Shown here piece after piece: positions 44,808-56,620 of a stretch of DNA of 64,000 bases. This DNA is from Podarcis vaucheri. Taxonomy: Eukaryota. The notes beneath the pieces are model-generated. The model saw nothing but the letters and a program-made list of their open reading frames with translations. It did no database searches and had not been told where the DNA came from. A program made the translations under genes and the position numbers. Position 1 is the stretch's first letter, and each line of letters opens with the position of its first letter. The stretch lies in assembly GCA_965113315.1 (NCBI GenBank), contig OZ220369.1; one strand, 5' to 3'.

Positions 44808-47761
44808 CTGCGAAGAGAACTTTCTTTAGGATGGGCATGACCCTGGGGATCTTGCTCCAGTTTCCAACTAATACATCACACTTCCCCGCAAAATAGATGC
44901 AGAACAAAGGACTGGGAGGGAGGGTGCATGTGCAGTGGGAGGGGCCGTCTTTTCCTTCATCAAGGATGCTATTGGACTGACCAGCAAAGCCATTCTAGGC
45001 ATCAGCCTCATGCAGGCGGCTGGACCAAATGGCTCATGGGATCCCTTCCAACTCCACAGCTATATGACTCTTATGACCTGGCCAGAGGAAGCACAACTGA
45101 AAGCAGAAAAAAGTTACCTTACCAAATACTGTGTTCTCTTCTGTGTAACCTTTACTGCAATCCAGACGTAGAAGTGTGCCATAATTAAAGTCCTCAACTA
45201 CTCCGTCAAACTGCAAGCAGAATGGACGCCATTTCTGTGGAGCCAGAGCATTCGGTTACTTCCTGCCCCGCAAGAGTCTCAAGAGCAAGCAGCCTCAAGT
45301 CTCACACCCAACACAAACCTCTTTAGCAGGTTCGGATTTAAGATCCTCCGGGTCGAGCACATCAATCTTAAGATGGTTAAAGTCCTTCCTGAATTCAGTG
45401 TAGATCTGGTCGTCAGCTTTGGTAAGTTTCAGGAATTTGGGATCAACTGAAGAAATGAGCTACGCATGGGGAAAGTAGGCAAGGTTAAGAGGGAAGAACA
45501 GAAAACAGGATTGCTTCCACCACTCTTTCATCCAGGCCGTTAAGTAACTGAAGCAAGCTTTCTGCACATCAGCTTTGTGATGTAGGGCTCACACTCAAAG
45601 CACCTACAAAACATGGGAGGACAAGACATAGTGACAAGACCTCAGACTCCAAGGAGCTTTGACAATTATGTGGCCAATCCTACCAACTGTAATTGACACC
45701 AAAGTCATCAAATGCTGAAGCTGTGGGGCTAGGAAAGGGTTGTCCTGTATTGCTCCCAATGCCCTCTAAGGTTGGGGGTGCCTGGCAGCTTTATGCCCTA
45801 GGTGTCCAGAGCACAAAGGCTAAACCAGAAAAAAAAAATACTCCCTTTCCTGTGGAAACGGGAGCTCTTGGCCACAATGCGATGGATGCCCCACCTACAT
45901 GCTCCACATCTTTCTATGACCAGAGGAAGCTTATATAACAGTTCCTCAGCCATGGGACTCTGAGCTCCTCAGGGAAGAGAGGAGATATTTTGCAATTGGA
46001 TTCTGTCTAGCCCAGTGGGAGGGAAACTGGTGATCAGAATTAGTGGCTGGGCTCCCAAGGCCAGCCAAAAACTAGCCCTCAATTTAAACAACGAACCAGT
46101 CACTGCTGAGGATATTACCCAATGCTAGCTGAAAAGCCAGCAGAAACACCTGCTCCTGAACTACCTGGAGAGCACTGCTGTCATACAAACATCAATTACC
46201 TGGATGTGGGGAATGCCCTCAAGTGTGTACACTGAATTAAGGGAGCCAAGCAAAGTGTGCTTTGCCGCAGGACTGGGACATGGGAGACCAGGGTTCAAAT
46301 CCCTGCTTGTCATGAAGCTCACTGGGAAAGCTTGGGGGTGGGCCATCACTGCCTCTCAATCTAACCTACGTGGGGCTTAAACAAAGAGGGGGGAAAGAAC
46401 CATGAGCACCACTTTGAGTTTCTTGGAGAAAAAAGGGTGGTTATAAATGCAATAAATAAGTGTGCATGAGCACACACATGCACTGTGTAGGCAGAGGCAC
46501 AGCTCCCCGCCCACAAATGCCTAAAACCTGCTCTAGGAAAGCAAATGGGACATTTTTGCCACTCTCTTGCTCCTTCCATTCCTCCACCTGGGAGCCTCCA
46601 TGTCATCCTCCAGGGCTTGGAGCATGCACCTCTCTGCCTTGTCTTGACACTGGAAGCTTATGTTTCTTTGAACTCACCTTGATTTTATACTTGGAAGTTG
46701 CTTTTATACAGTGGTACCTTGGGTTAAGTACTTAATTCGTTCCGGAGGTCCGTTCTTAACCTGAAACTGTTCTTAACTTGAGGTACCACTTTAGCTAATG
46801 GGGCCTCCGGCTGCCGCTGTGCGATTTCTGTTCTCATCCTGAAGCAAAGTTCTTAACCCGAGGTAATATTTCTGGGTTAGCGGAGTCTGTAACCTGAAGC
46901 GTCTGTAACCCGAGGTACCACTGTATTGTGTTTGAACCCACAATGGAACCTTAGGCCAAAGGGTGATCAACAAATACAGTGGTACCTCGGGTTACATACG
47001 CTTCAGGTTACAGACTCCACTAACCCAGAAATAGGGCTTCAGGTTAAGAACTCTGCTTCAGGATAAGAACAGAAATCGGGCTCCGGCGGCACGGCTGCAG
47101 CAGGAGGCCCCATTAGCTAAAATGGTGCTTCAGGTTAAGAACAGTTTCAGGTTAAGAACGGACCCCCAGAATGAATGAATTAAGTACCTGACCAGAGATA
47201 CCACTGTAAGACGAATTAATACTGAGCGGGGGCGACCGGATTGAGGGGCGATGCGGTGTCGGGTTCGTTGTCACCTCCAAAAGCAGGGCCGGCTTCCCTC
47301 CTCCTCCTCCTCCTGTGGCCTAGCAAGGCAGAGGGTCCCCCCGGCGGGGAGCCCCCCCTATTGCGCCCCCTCCGCCCCTAGGACTCACGTTGAAGTAGAC
47401 CTCGGCGTGCTGGTGGGCCTTCATGGCCCAGATCATCTCCACGGTGGGCTGCAAAGAGAAAAAGAGAGGGGGGGGAGGTCCCAGGCTGCTCCCTGTGTCC
47501 CCGCGAGGGTCCGGCCCGCCCCGCGCTCCCCACCCGGCCCCTGGCTCACGTCGTTCCCGTAGGCCTCGGCCGGCAGCGAGAGGGCGGCGGCTGCGGCGGC
47601 GGCGGCTTCATGGGCGCCCTGCAAGGTGGGAGAGAGAGAGAGAGAGCCGGTGAGGAAGCTGAAGGGGGGGGCGACGTCGCCGACATGGCAACCCGGCCGC
47701 CCCTTCCCCTCTTCCGCACGCTCACCAGCGCGGCCAGGCCGCCTCCTGCGGGCACCGCCAT
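44689..47761 (-). CDS. PBDC1: Polysaccharide biosynthesis domain-containing protein 1 (CXorf26 orthologue), 6 exons, 178 aa
   Basis: Exons join to 537 nt: MAVPAGGGLAAL/GAHE..LSLPAEAYGND/PTVEMIWAMKAHQHAEVYFN/LISSVDPKFLKLTK..AKE/KWRPFCLQFDGVVEDFNYGTLLRLDC..F/ATRIQFFAIEIARNREGYN..*. Hallmark motifs of the family; all introns GT-AG. Confidence 0.95.
45123..45234 (-). CDS. PBDC1: PBDC1 exon 5
   Basis: ccacag|AAA..G|gtaagg; KWRPFCLQFDG..EENTVF. Confidence 0.93.
45319..45459 (-). CDS. PBDC1: PBDC1 exon 4
   Basis: gcgtag|CTC..GAG|gtttgt; LISSVDPKFLKLTKADDQIY..KSEPAKE. Confidence 0.93.
46709..46923. mobile_element. Tigger/mariner-like MITE in PBDC1 intron 3
   Basis: TIRs and TA TSD. Confidence 0.88.
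46977..47206. mobile_element. Tigger/mariner-like MITE, inverted relative to the preceding copy
   Basis: TIRs and TA TSD; reverse complement of 46709-46923. Confidence 0.88.
47389..47448 (-). CDS. PBDC1: PBDC1 exon 3
   Basis: ttgcag|CCC..AAC|gtgagt; PTVEMIWAMKAHQHAEVYFN. Confidence 0.93.
47550..47618 (-). CDS. PBDC1: PBDC1 exon 2
   Basis: ttgcag|GGC..GAC|gtgagc; GAHEAAAAAAAALSLPAEAYGND. Confidence 0.9.
47726..47761 (-). CDS. PBDC1: PBDC1 exon 1 coding part
   Basis: caagATGGCGG..CTG|gtgagc on minus strand. Confidence 0.85.
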
Positions 47762-48251
47762 CTTGGTCGCGGGGCGGGGCTGTGCGCAGGCGCCGGTGGA
47801 AGGGGCGGGGCCCTGGACGCGGGGCGGGGCTTGGCGGCTGAGCGGGGCAGGGAACTGAGAGCGTCCAAGGCGAGAAGAGGGGCGAGCGGGGTTTGCGTGA
47901 TCCTGAGGAATCCGTCGCCTGCCCGGCCTCGCCTTTTGTTTCAAGGGCGCCCCCCCCCCCCACCTTCAGGGGGTCTCTGGATTCGTGGCCGAAGATGGGC
48001 ACACCCCTCCGTCTCTCGTTTCCTTTTTTCATTATTATTAACATATAAAACACATGCATATACATTTACACAATACACGTACACAACACACTAATTTTCA
48101 TAACATAAAACATCCTACATTATATAATACCTACCTATACTGTACATAACTGAATGTTGGAACAAGGCGTTTGCTAAGATCTCTTTGATACCCAAACAAA
48201 TTATTGTTCCATCTTTGCACCTGGCTCTTTTGAACCTGTCTATGGAAACCG

Positions 48252-48640
48252 GGGGAAAAGGGGACGCGGGGAAAAAAGGGACGCGGGTGGCGCTGTGGGT
48301 AAAACCTCAGTGCCTAGGACTTGTCAATCGTATGGTCGGCGGTTCGAATCCCCGCGATGGGGTGAGCTCCCGTCTTTCGCTCCCAGCTCCTGCCCACCTA
48401 GCAGTTCGAAAGCACCCCTAAGTGCAAGTAGATAAATAGGTACCACTTTCTAGCAGGAAGGTAAACGGCGTTTCCGTGTGCTGCGCTGGTGCTGGTTCGC
48501 CAGCTGCAGCTTCGTCACACTGGCCACGTGACCCGGAAGTGTCTCCGGACAGCGCTGGCCCCCGGCCTCTTAAGTGAGATGGGCGCACAACCCTAGAGTC
48601 GGACACGACTGGCCCGTACGGGCAGGGGTACCTTTACCTT
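48252..48640 (+). mobile_element. Sauria SINE, second subfamily
   Basis: TSD TATGGAAACCG; stuttered head. Confidence 0.88.
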
Positions 48641-48652
48641 TATGGAAACCGA

Positions 48653-49010
48653 GGGACGCGGGTGGCGCTGTGGGTTAAACCACAGAGCCTAGGACTTGCT
48701 GATTAGAAGGTCGGCGGTTCGAATCCCCGCGACGGGGTGAGCTCCCATTGCTCGGTCCCTGCTCCTGCCAACCTAGCAGTTCGAAAGCATGAAGTGCAAG
48801 TAGATAAACAGGTACCGCTCCGGCGGGAAGGTAAACGGCATTTCTGTGCGCTGCTCTGGTTTGCCAGAAGCGGCTTAGTCATGCTGGCCACATGACCCGG
48901 AAGCTGCGGACAAACGCTGGCTGCCTTGGCCTGCAAAGCGAGATGAGCACCGCAACCCCAGAGTCGTCCGCGACTGGACTTAATGGTCAAGGGTCCCTTT
49001 ACCTTTACCT
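48653..49010 (+). mobile_element. Sauria SINE, full length
   Basis: Head GGGACGCGGGTGGCGCTG; tail CCCTTTACCTTTACCT. Confidence 0.9.
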
Positions 49011-49810
49011 ACGTATACTATACATATCAACGTACCTACACACCTACCCCATACGGACACCCACCAAGTGACTTGACTTCCAGCCGTTCTTGTCACGCTA
49101 CCTTATTTTTCCAACTAGCTTAAACACATTTCATTATTTCTTTAATCTCTTCTTTTATCTTAACTTTACTCTCCTTTCAATCTAATCATTTTCTGGATTC
49201 ACTCAGGATCTGTCAGAAATTCTACTTTTTCCACATAATTTTTGATGTATTCCTTAAAGATAGCCTACTCCTTATTCACTTTTTGTACCATATCTCCTCT
49301 TATCCGTCTCTCGTTTCAAATGGCATTTCAATGGCTGCTTTTTTCCTGTTTTATTCAACATCTGCGCTCTGTTCTAGATGGGCCTTGGGATTTCTCCTAG
49401 CTTGCAGTTCTATGATTCTTCGCTCTGTGCAACAGGCAGCGCAACTCACGGGCCGTCAGATCTTTCTCTGAACATATCTTGCAAGCAGTGTGCTCCTTAT
49501 ATTGTATTTTTCCTGTATTACAACCGGTATTCTAAAGTATTCAAACAATAAGAAATAAAATTAAAAGCAACAATTAAAAAGCACACCGCATCTTGCACAG
49601 TGGTGCTAAGACCCTGAGCAGTTTTCAAGTGGTCCGTGGGCGTAGTTTGGGAACCACTGATTTATGGCAAGTGCAGGGTGTGAGTTTTGTGGCTACAGAG
49701 CTCTTCTGCTGGGACAGAATTGGGTGGCCTCCTGACCCTGTGAGTCACTTGAGAGAGACCCGCCCTTGTTGGCTGGGCCTGAAGGGAATTGTGCCCCAGG
49801 AACAGTTGGA

Positions 49811-50318
49811 GAGACAAACCTAGACAGCATCTTAAAAAGCAGAGACATCACCTTGCTAACAAAGGTCCGTATAGTTCAAGCTATGGTTTTCCCAGTAGTG
49901 GTGTATGGAAGTGAGAGCTGGACCATAAAGAAGGCGGATCGCCAAAGAATGGATGCTTTTGAATTCTGGTGCTGGAGGAGACTCTTGAGAGTCCCATGGA
50001 CTGCAAGAAGATCAAACCTCTCCATTCTTAGGGAAATCAGCCCTGAGTGCTCACTGGAAGGACAGATCCTGAAGCTGAGGCTCCAATACTTTGGCCACCT
50101 CATGAGAAGACTCCCTGGAAAAGACCCTGATGTTGGGAAAGATGGAGGGCACAAGGAGAAGGGGACGACAGAGGACGAGATGGTTGGACAGTGTTCTTGA
50201 AGCTACCAGCATGAGTTTGACCAAACTGCGGGAGGCAATGGAAGACAGGAGTGCCTGGCGTGCTCTGGTCCAGGGGGTCATGAAGAGTCGGACATGACTA
50301 AACGACTAAACAACAACA
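49811..50318 (+). mobile_element. RTE BovB LINE 3' fragment
   Basis: [47 protein letters not shown]. Confidence 0.9.
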
Positions 50319-50866
50319 CTTGGAGGGTGAGGTACAGAGATGCTGCTGCCGCAGCCCCTCCAACCCCAGAGCAAAGGGCCACATGCCTTCTGCTATGCAG
50401 GCAAGAGCTTCAAGTTGTGGGCCACCTCCCTTTTCTTGTTACACCTGTAGGTATAGTTGAGAACAGGGAGCAGTTGGATGCCTCCAGGAAGCTCACCAGC
50501 AGGGGAGAAGTCTTCTGCAGCTTCTGTTCTCTAGCAGGTGATATTCAGTGGTACACTGCCTCTGATGCTGGAGGTTCCATATAGACATCCTGACTGGTTG
50601 CCTTTGGTAGCCTCCTCCTCCTCCTCGCATTCATCCAATCCCCTTTGATAGCCATCTAAGCCGCTAGCCACCACCCCGTCTTGTGGCAGTGAGTTCCAAA
50701 AGTTCAGCTACATTGGCAAAGAAAAAGCGCTTTACATGCGTTTTTAATAATAATTATTATTATTATTTATACCCCGCCCTCCCCAGCCAAGGCCGGGCTC
50801 AGGGCAGCTAACAACCAATAATAAAAACAAGTTGAATGAATACAACTTAAAAACAAGATTAAAATG

Positions 50867-51108
50867 CAGTGGTACCTCGGGTTACATACACTTCAGGTTA
50901 CATACACTTCAGGTTACAGACTCTGCTAACCCAGAAATATTACTTCGGGTTAAGAACTTTGCTTCAGGATGAGAACAGAAATTGTGCTCTGGCGGCGCGG
51001 TGGCAGCAGGAGGCCCCATAGGCTAAAGTGGTGCTTCAGGTTAAGAACAGTTTCAGGTTAAGAACCGACCTCCGGAATGAATTAAGTACTTAACCAGAGG
51101 TACCACTG
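50867..51108. mobile_element. Tigger/mariner-like MITE inserted in an L2-type 3' tail
   Basis: TIRs; short internal duplication GGTTACATACACTTCA x2. Confidence 0.85.
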
Positions 51109-51699
51109 TACAACATTAAGACATTAAAATTCATTCTAACACTGTGACACAAGATGGCGCTCTGGAGTTTCATTTTTGCTAACCTGATTTCTCATACAAA
51201 GTCTAAAACACGTTTAACTAAAACATTTCTTTGATGTGTCTAGATCCCGAATCCCTGCAGTTTCTATCTAGCATGACAGCGAAAGGGGAACACACGCTTC
51301 TCTCTTTGCTACCTCTGCACTGCCCATGCCTTTATGGTATCTTCTGTCATGAGATCTTTGGAGAAAACGGTGGCAGTATTTGTGATTATGATGATACACC
51401 TGAAATAAAAGTAATCGGCTGCCCTACCATCTGTAGGCCCCGGAGGGCACCAGAGCACTGCAGTACTGCCCGCTGCCTGCTGATGACGGCTGCTGCTGCT
51501 GCGTTGTGCCCGGTTTACGCAGCAGGCTCTTTGCAAGGAGGGGATGCGTGGGGGGGGGCATATTGGCCAGGGATGAAAGCGGCCCACCGCTTCTGCCAGA
51601 ACCTCCCGTCGCCTTATAACGGTACGCTAATGAGCCCCGTGAGGCAACGTGGGGGTCAAACCACCCCAAAACATCGAGGCGCTTGAGGCTGAAACTCCG

Positions 51700-54600
51700 A
51701 GCTGCACGGAGACCATCCGGCTAATTCAAAGGACGCGAAATTCCCCGGAGAGGCGCCGGCCAGCCTCCTTCGGATGAGCAGGCGCTGGCGGCCCCCCTGC
51801 GCTGCCCCCGACTCTTCCAGGGGAGGGCTTGCGCCCAGTGGGGGGGGGTGCGATCAGCCTGCCCCCCCCCCACGGGCCAGGCCCGTCCATCTTGCCACGC
51901 AGGGCGGCTCCAGCAGCAGGCAACGTCCTCGGGGCGGGTGCGCCGGAGCTGCCCTGGTGGCGCGCCCTGCCGGGGATGCCAAGAAGCCCCTGAGCAAAAG
52001 GAGGGCGACGCTTCCACCGCCCCCTTTCCCTCGTCCTCGCTGGGGGGCAGGACAGTCGAGCTCCATGGCGAGTTAATCCTCCCGCTCACGGAACGTGCGC
52101 CCTCCCCGGTCTAAAGACCATCCGAAGGGGGCATGGAGAAGGACGAGACGGGGCTGGGCTTGGCGGGGCCGGGGGTGCAGGTGTGCCAGCTCCGATCCTG
52201 CCCGGGGTCTGCGCGCCCCGAGCTGCCATCACCCAGCTCCAAGCTGCCGGGCGCGCACGCAGGCGCCGGGGCCGGGCTCCATGGATGGTCTCGCTGGGGA
52301 GGCGCCTTTGGCGGAGGCTAGGCGCTGTCCGGCCGGCCCCGCGGCCCCCCAGGACGTCTGCCCGGCGAGAGGAGGAGGGGGGGGCTGCCGCTCGCTCGCT
52401 CGCCTCTCCCCCCGCCTTGCGCAGCGGCAGCAGCGGCTGCTCCTCCTCCCCACGCGGGTTGCTGCGGGAGGCGGCCGGGCGGTCGCGCTGGCAACGCGCA
52501 GCGCCAGGCGAGAGATGCGGGAGGCAGCAGCAGCAGCAGCAACGGGGATGGCGCCGCCGCCGGGAAGGACCAGCGCCCCGCCCGCCGCCGGGCCCGCGTC
52601 GCGCCTCTGAAGGTAGGCGAACGGCTCCACGGGCGGGCAGAGGCCGGCGGGCCAGGCGCGGCGCAGGTGGGGCGGCCGGCTGGGCCCGAGCTCTGCCCGG
52701 CTCCAGAGGACGCCTATTGCTGCCTGGCAGGGCGAGGCTGCGCCACCGCCCCGGCCAAGGGCATCCAAGCGCCTGACACCGGGGCGAGGCGCTAGGGCGC
52801 GCGAGGAGGCATCGCCCTGGCCCTTGGCTCCCGGTACCCGGAGCTCCCGGCAGGAGCAGCTCCACGTCCAGGGGAAGCCGGCCCTGCTGCTGCTTTGCGG
52901 GGGGGGGTGTTGCATGGGACCCCCCCCCCCCAAGGACTGGAGTCGCGTGGAAATGGAATCAATCCGAGCTGGGTCGCCGGCTGCTTCCTCGTAGGGGCGC
53001 TCGGAGAAGCCCTTTCCGGGAGGGTCTGTCCAGCTTGGACTGAAGTCCCCTCCCCCGCCTTGGGCCTTTTAAATGGGGCTCTCCGATGGTCCGTCCCGTC
53101 CCCCAGCTGCCCGCCCTCCACCTGGCCTGGTGGTCTTTGTAGGATGGAGAAGCCCCTCGGGGATGAAGGAGAGATCTTTGCAGAGGCAGCAGCCCGGGAC
53201 TGAGCCTGGGCGCGGAAGCGATTGCTGCGTCGGATCCCTCGGCCTTCCCAGCGGGGAGGGTTCCGGCGCAGGGTCCGTAGGGGGCGCCACTGAGCCATTT
53301 GGGGAAGGGGCAGAGCGTGAGCAGCGTGTAGCAGTTGAATGGAGTAGGAGGCGGGCAGGGTGAGCTTTCTTCAAACTACCTGGGCGAGGGAGCGCAGGAG
53401 TGCGCGGACAGGGCTGGCCTCGAAGGCGGGGGCTCCAAGCCCCTCTTGTGGGGGGGATTGAAGCACCTTTGGGCGCGGGGTGGGGAAGGTGTCACAATGA
53501 CTGCCAGCTCGTGGGGATGCGGTGGGGGCAGATAAGTCATGGCCTAGAGGGCGTCAGCCTCCGAAACAGGTGCAGCGCTGCACCTGTTGGGCGGCCGTCA
53601 AAGACAGGGGCGGTATGTGCGAGGCTGAGGCGGGGGTCCAAACCCAGCGCGGGCTGGCAGCTCTAGAACCACCCCGGCTAGGCGAGGCAAGTGCAGGGCC
53701 TGATCCTCCGGCCCCTGGCGGCCCCCGTCTCTCCCCGCAGGCCTCCTCCTCCTCCAGCCGGGCGCGGCCCGCTGGTGCTTCGTCACGACGCTCCGCTCGC
53801 TGGCTGGCTGCTTCCCCGGCGGCGGGCGGAGGCTCCCAGGCACACAACGCGCGCGCCCTCGGAGCAGCAGCCTTCGGCGTCGGGTGCTCGGCGCTGCCCG
53901 CGCAGTCCTTGCAAGCAGCAGCCTCGCTCGCCCGGCCTGGTAAGTGGCGACTTTCTACGGAGGCAGTTGGGGGTACACCGGTTGGGTTTTTGTCTGTCGT
54001 AGACCTCTCGAAGACAGGGCGGGGGGGGGGATAAGCCAGTCCGGCCTGAGCCCCCTTTCCTCCCCAAGCTAGCTAGGAGTCGCTCCTTCCTTTCGTTGCA
54101 TCTACTGCGTAATTAGACTAATTTTGGCGGCCGTCGAGCGGGAGGCGGCTTGGGAAGCGTCGCCCAGGCTAGGCCGAGCTGAGCTGCTCCTTTCCGGGGG
54201 GTGCTGCATAAGGCACCCCCGGCGGACTCTGCCTTGTTGTTCCTCACAGCCAGGGAAGGTCGAGGCCAAGAGCGCCAGTCTCGGCGTCTAACCAACCAGA
54301 TTAAGCAGGGTTGCCAACTGTTTTCCGGCGCGGCTCCTGTGCCACATGTCGAGCTGGAACTGCGCGCACGAGCACAGATGCTGGCATGGCGGTCGGGACT
54401 CCGGGGGATAGGAAGCGCTGCTTGACGGCGTGAATCGGGCCCCGTCGGGCTGTTGTTAAAGGCACGGGAGTCCGGCCAAAAAAAGTTGGCAGCTGAGTAT
54501 CTGAGGGAGGGTCGTCCGCTGGGGTTCGCCAGGGTACAAATTTGGCTCCGACGACCTTTTCCAAGTTCCAGCCCGAGTCTCCTCGAGAGGACTGGCCTCG

Positions 54601-55030
54601 CTCCCGTCCAGGCCCCTCCGCGAGGTGTTTTGGGGTTGGGCCTCCTCCCTACTCCCTGGTAAAAGCTAAGAAGGGATCGGGAGCAGCCGAGCTAACGGGT
54701 CGCAGGCTGGCAGGTCGGCCTCTCCCGGACTGGACGTGCCCGGGGGTCCCACGAGAGTTGACTAGAGCTCCGACGGGCGTGGCAGCCTCCGGCGTCTAAA
54801 GTTTGAAAAGGAGCTTTTATTGGCGCGGGAGCCGCCGAGCGCGTAATTCGCCTTGCAAAGCCTCCCTCGACGGCTGCGGCGCTTTCGGCCGCCCCTGCCA
54901 GTGTTGCCCTCCGCAGTTTGCAAGAGGCGATCCCCGGGCGGCGATTCCGGAGCGGGACCACACACACCGCCGCACCCGGCTCCCCTCCCCGGCGCGCAAA
55001 CCGCGTGACTGGGACGCGGGATCTTTAATG
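51700..55030 (+). promoter_or_regulatory. Large CpG island; promoter and 5' end of an unidentified + strand gene
   Basis: Very GC/CpG rich for about 3.3 kb; donor AAG|gtaggc at 52612/52613; internal exon-like segment at 53741-53939. Confidence 0.75.
53741..53939 (+). other. Putative non-coding (5' UTR) exon of the unidentified gene
   Basis: Pyrimidine tract ccccgtctctccccgcag| and consensus donor TG|gtaagt; no ATG inside. Confidence 0.55.
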
Positions 55031-56264
55031 CCCGAGTTGCCCCTGATGGAAATTAAAGTCTTCCACGTATCTGTCCCACTCGTCGTTCTTCCTTTACTTT
55101 CAGGGGAGAAGCGGTGTAAAAGGCCCCCGTTTTGTCCGCAACATGAGATCCCTACCTGCAACTCTGACAGAGCTTTGGCTGCCAGTCAGTGTGGGCTGTA
55201 TGTGGCTAGGTGGGCCATTGATCTGACTGCCCAAGGCAACCTCGGGTGCGCCCCTGTGGCTCTAAGCCCCCGCCCGCCAAGCTCAGGAGCTCCTTTGTTA
55301 GAACCACAAACAGTGCAAGGAAGAAAAAGAGGGGCGCCATGGGGGCGGGAAGTGAGCCCAGAATGTTTTGAGGCTGGGAGGGTGGGGCAGGGGAAGCAAA
55401 CTCCACTTAGCCCACCTGGGCCAGCCTGAGACTTTCCTGCTGAATCGGGGCCCCAGAACCCTGGAAATGGGCCTCTAGGTCCTTTTTCCTGCTCCAGACT
55501 GAATATCCCACCTGTCCTTTGGTGCGGGAAATTGTCAAGGGGGACAAAGCAAGGGGGTTGGACTAGATGACCTGTTGGGTCCCTTCCAACTCCGCAGTTC
55601 TGTGAATCTATGATTCTGTGCCGTTAGCTGTGATTAAAAGAGAGAAAGAGTGGCACGCAAGGCCCCACTCACAGTCCGCTAAGGGGCATCCTGACCACGC
55701 TCCTGATTCCCACACTAGGGAAGCAATTTTATGATGGGGATGGGATACTTCCTCCTCCACCAGGAAGGCGTGGGTGTCCATAGCCCCCTCCCCCACCTAC
55801 TGGAGGTAGAGCATAGCTATCATGCCTAGTGGTCATCCACCGCCTTCTCCTCCACCAATCTGCCTAAATTCCCTTTAAGGTCAGCCAAGCTGGAAGCCAT
55901 CATGGCGTCACTGGTTGTGGGAGCAAATTCCTTAGTTTGTGCTGAGTGGGGAAAGTCTTGAGCCTCGAAACATTCTGCTTCCTTAGGTCCCCCCCCATTT
56001 CTAAGCACTTCTTGTGCCGCTGCCAAGTGACTCTCTCACAGCCACAGAAGACCCCTCCTCTTCTTCCCAACTTTTTCCTTCAGCAGTATCTACTGTTGGG
56101 GGGGGGGGAGAGGTAATCACTCTCCTCACCGCATGGCAAGGGAGTCGCAAGTGGGGGAAGACTCACAGTCTTTATGGGGTGCCAGTGGAAGACCTCAGGG
56201 GTGCCATTTCACGCCTGCACAGCACCAGATCTGTTTGGCGGCCACCATTATCCACATGTTTACT

Positions 56265-56620
56265 GACAAGGGTGGCGTTGTGGGTTAAACTACAGAGCCT
56301 AGGGCTTGCCGATCAGAAGGTCGGCGGTTCGAATTCCTGCGACAGGGTGAGCTCCCATTGCTCGGTCCCAGCTCCTGCCCACCTAGCAGTTTGAAAGCAC
56401 ATCAAAGTGCAAGTAGATAAATAGGTACTGCTCCGGTGGGAAGGTAAACAGCGTTTCCATGCACTGCTCTGGTTCGCCAGAAGCGGCTTAGTCATGCTGG
56501 CCACATGACCCAGAAGCTGTACGCTGGCTCCCTCAGCCAATAAAGCGAGATCAGCGCCGCAACCCCGGAGTCGGTCACTACTGGACCTAATGGTCAGGGG
56601 TCCCTTTACCTTTACCTTTA
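56265..56620 (+). mobile_element. Sauria SINE
   Basis: Consensus match; ACCTTT tail. Confidence 0.88.

Larger units (their letters stand above)
47220..48000 (-). promoter_or_regulatory. CpG-island promoter of PBDC1
   Basis: High GC and CpG density; GC boxes GGGGCGGGG at 47771, 47802, 47821; NRF1-like TGCGCAGGCGC at 47783-47793; YY1/TISU-like CAAGATGGCGG over the ATG. Confidence 0.85.

Noticed and set aside
47670-47692. Intronic ATG (MSATS) resembling the human PBDC1 N-terminus
   Set aside because: Out of frame with exon 2 and no donor; better explained as an RFX half-site CATGGCAAC or chance
51721-55429. Many long overlapping ORFs (up to 259 aa) on both strands
   Set aside because: Expected from stop-codon scarcity in a CpG island; low-complexity Arg/Pro/Gly/Ala with no recognisable domain
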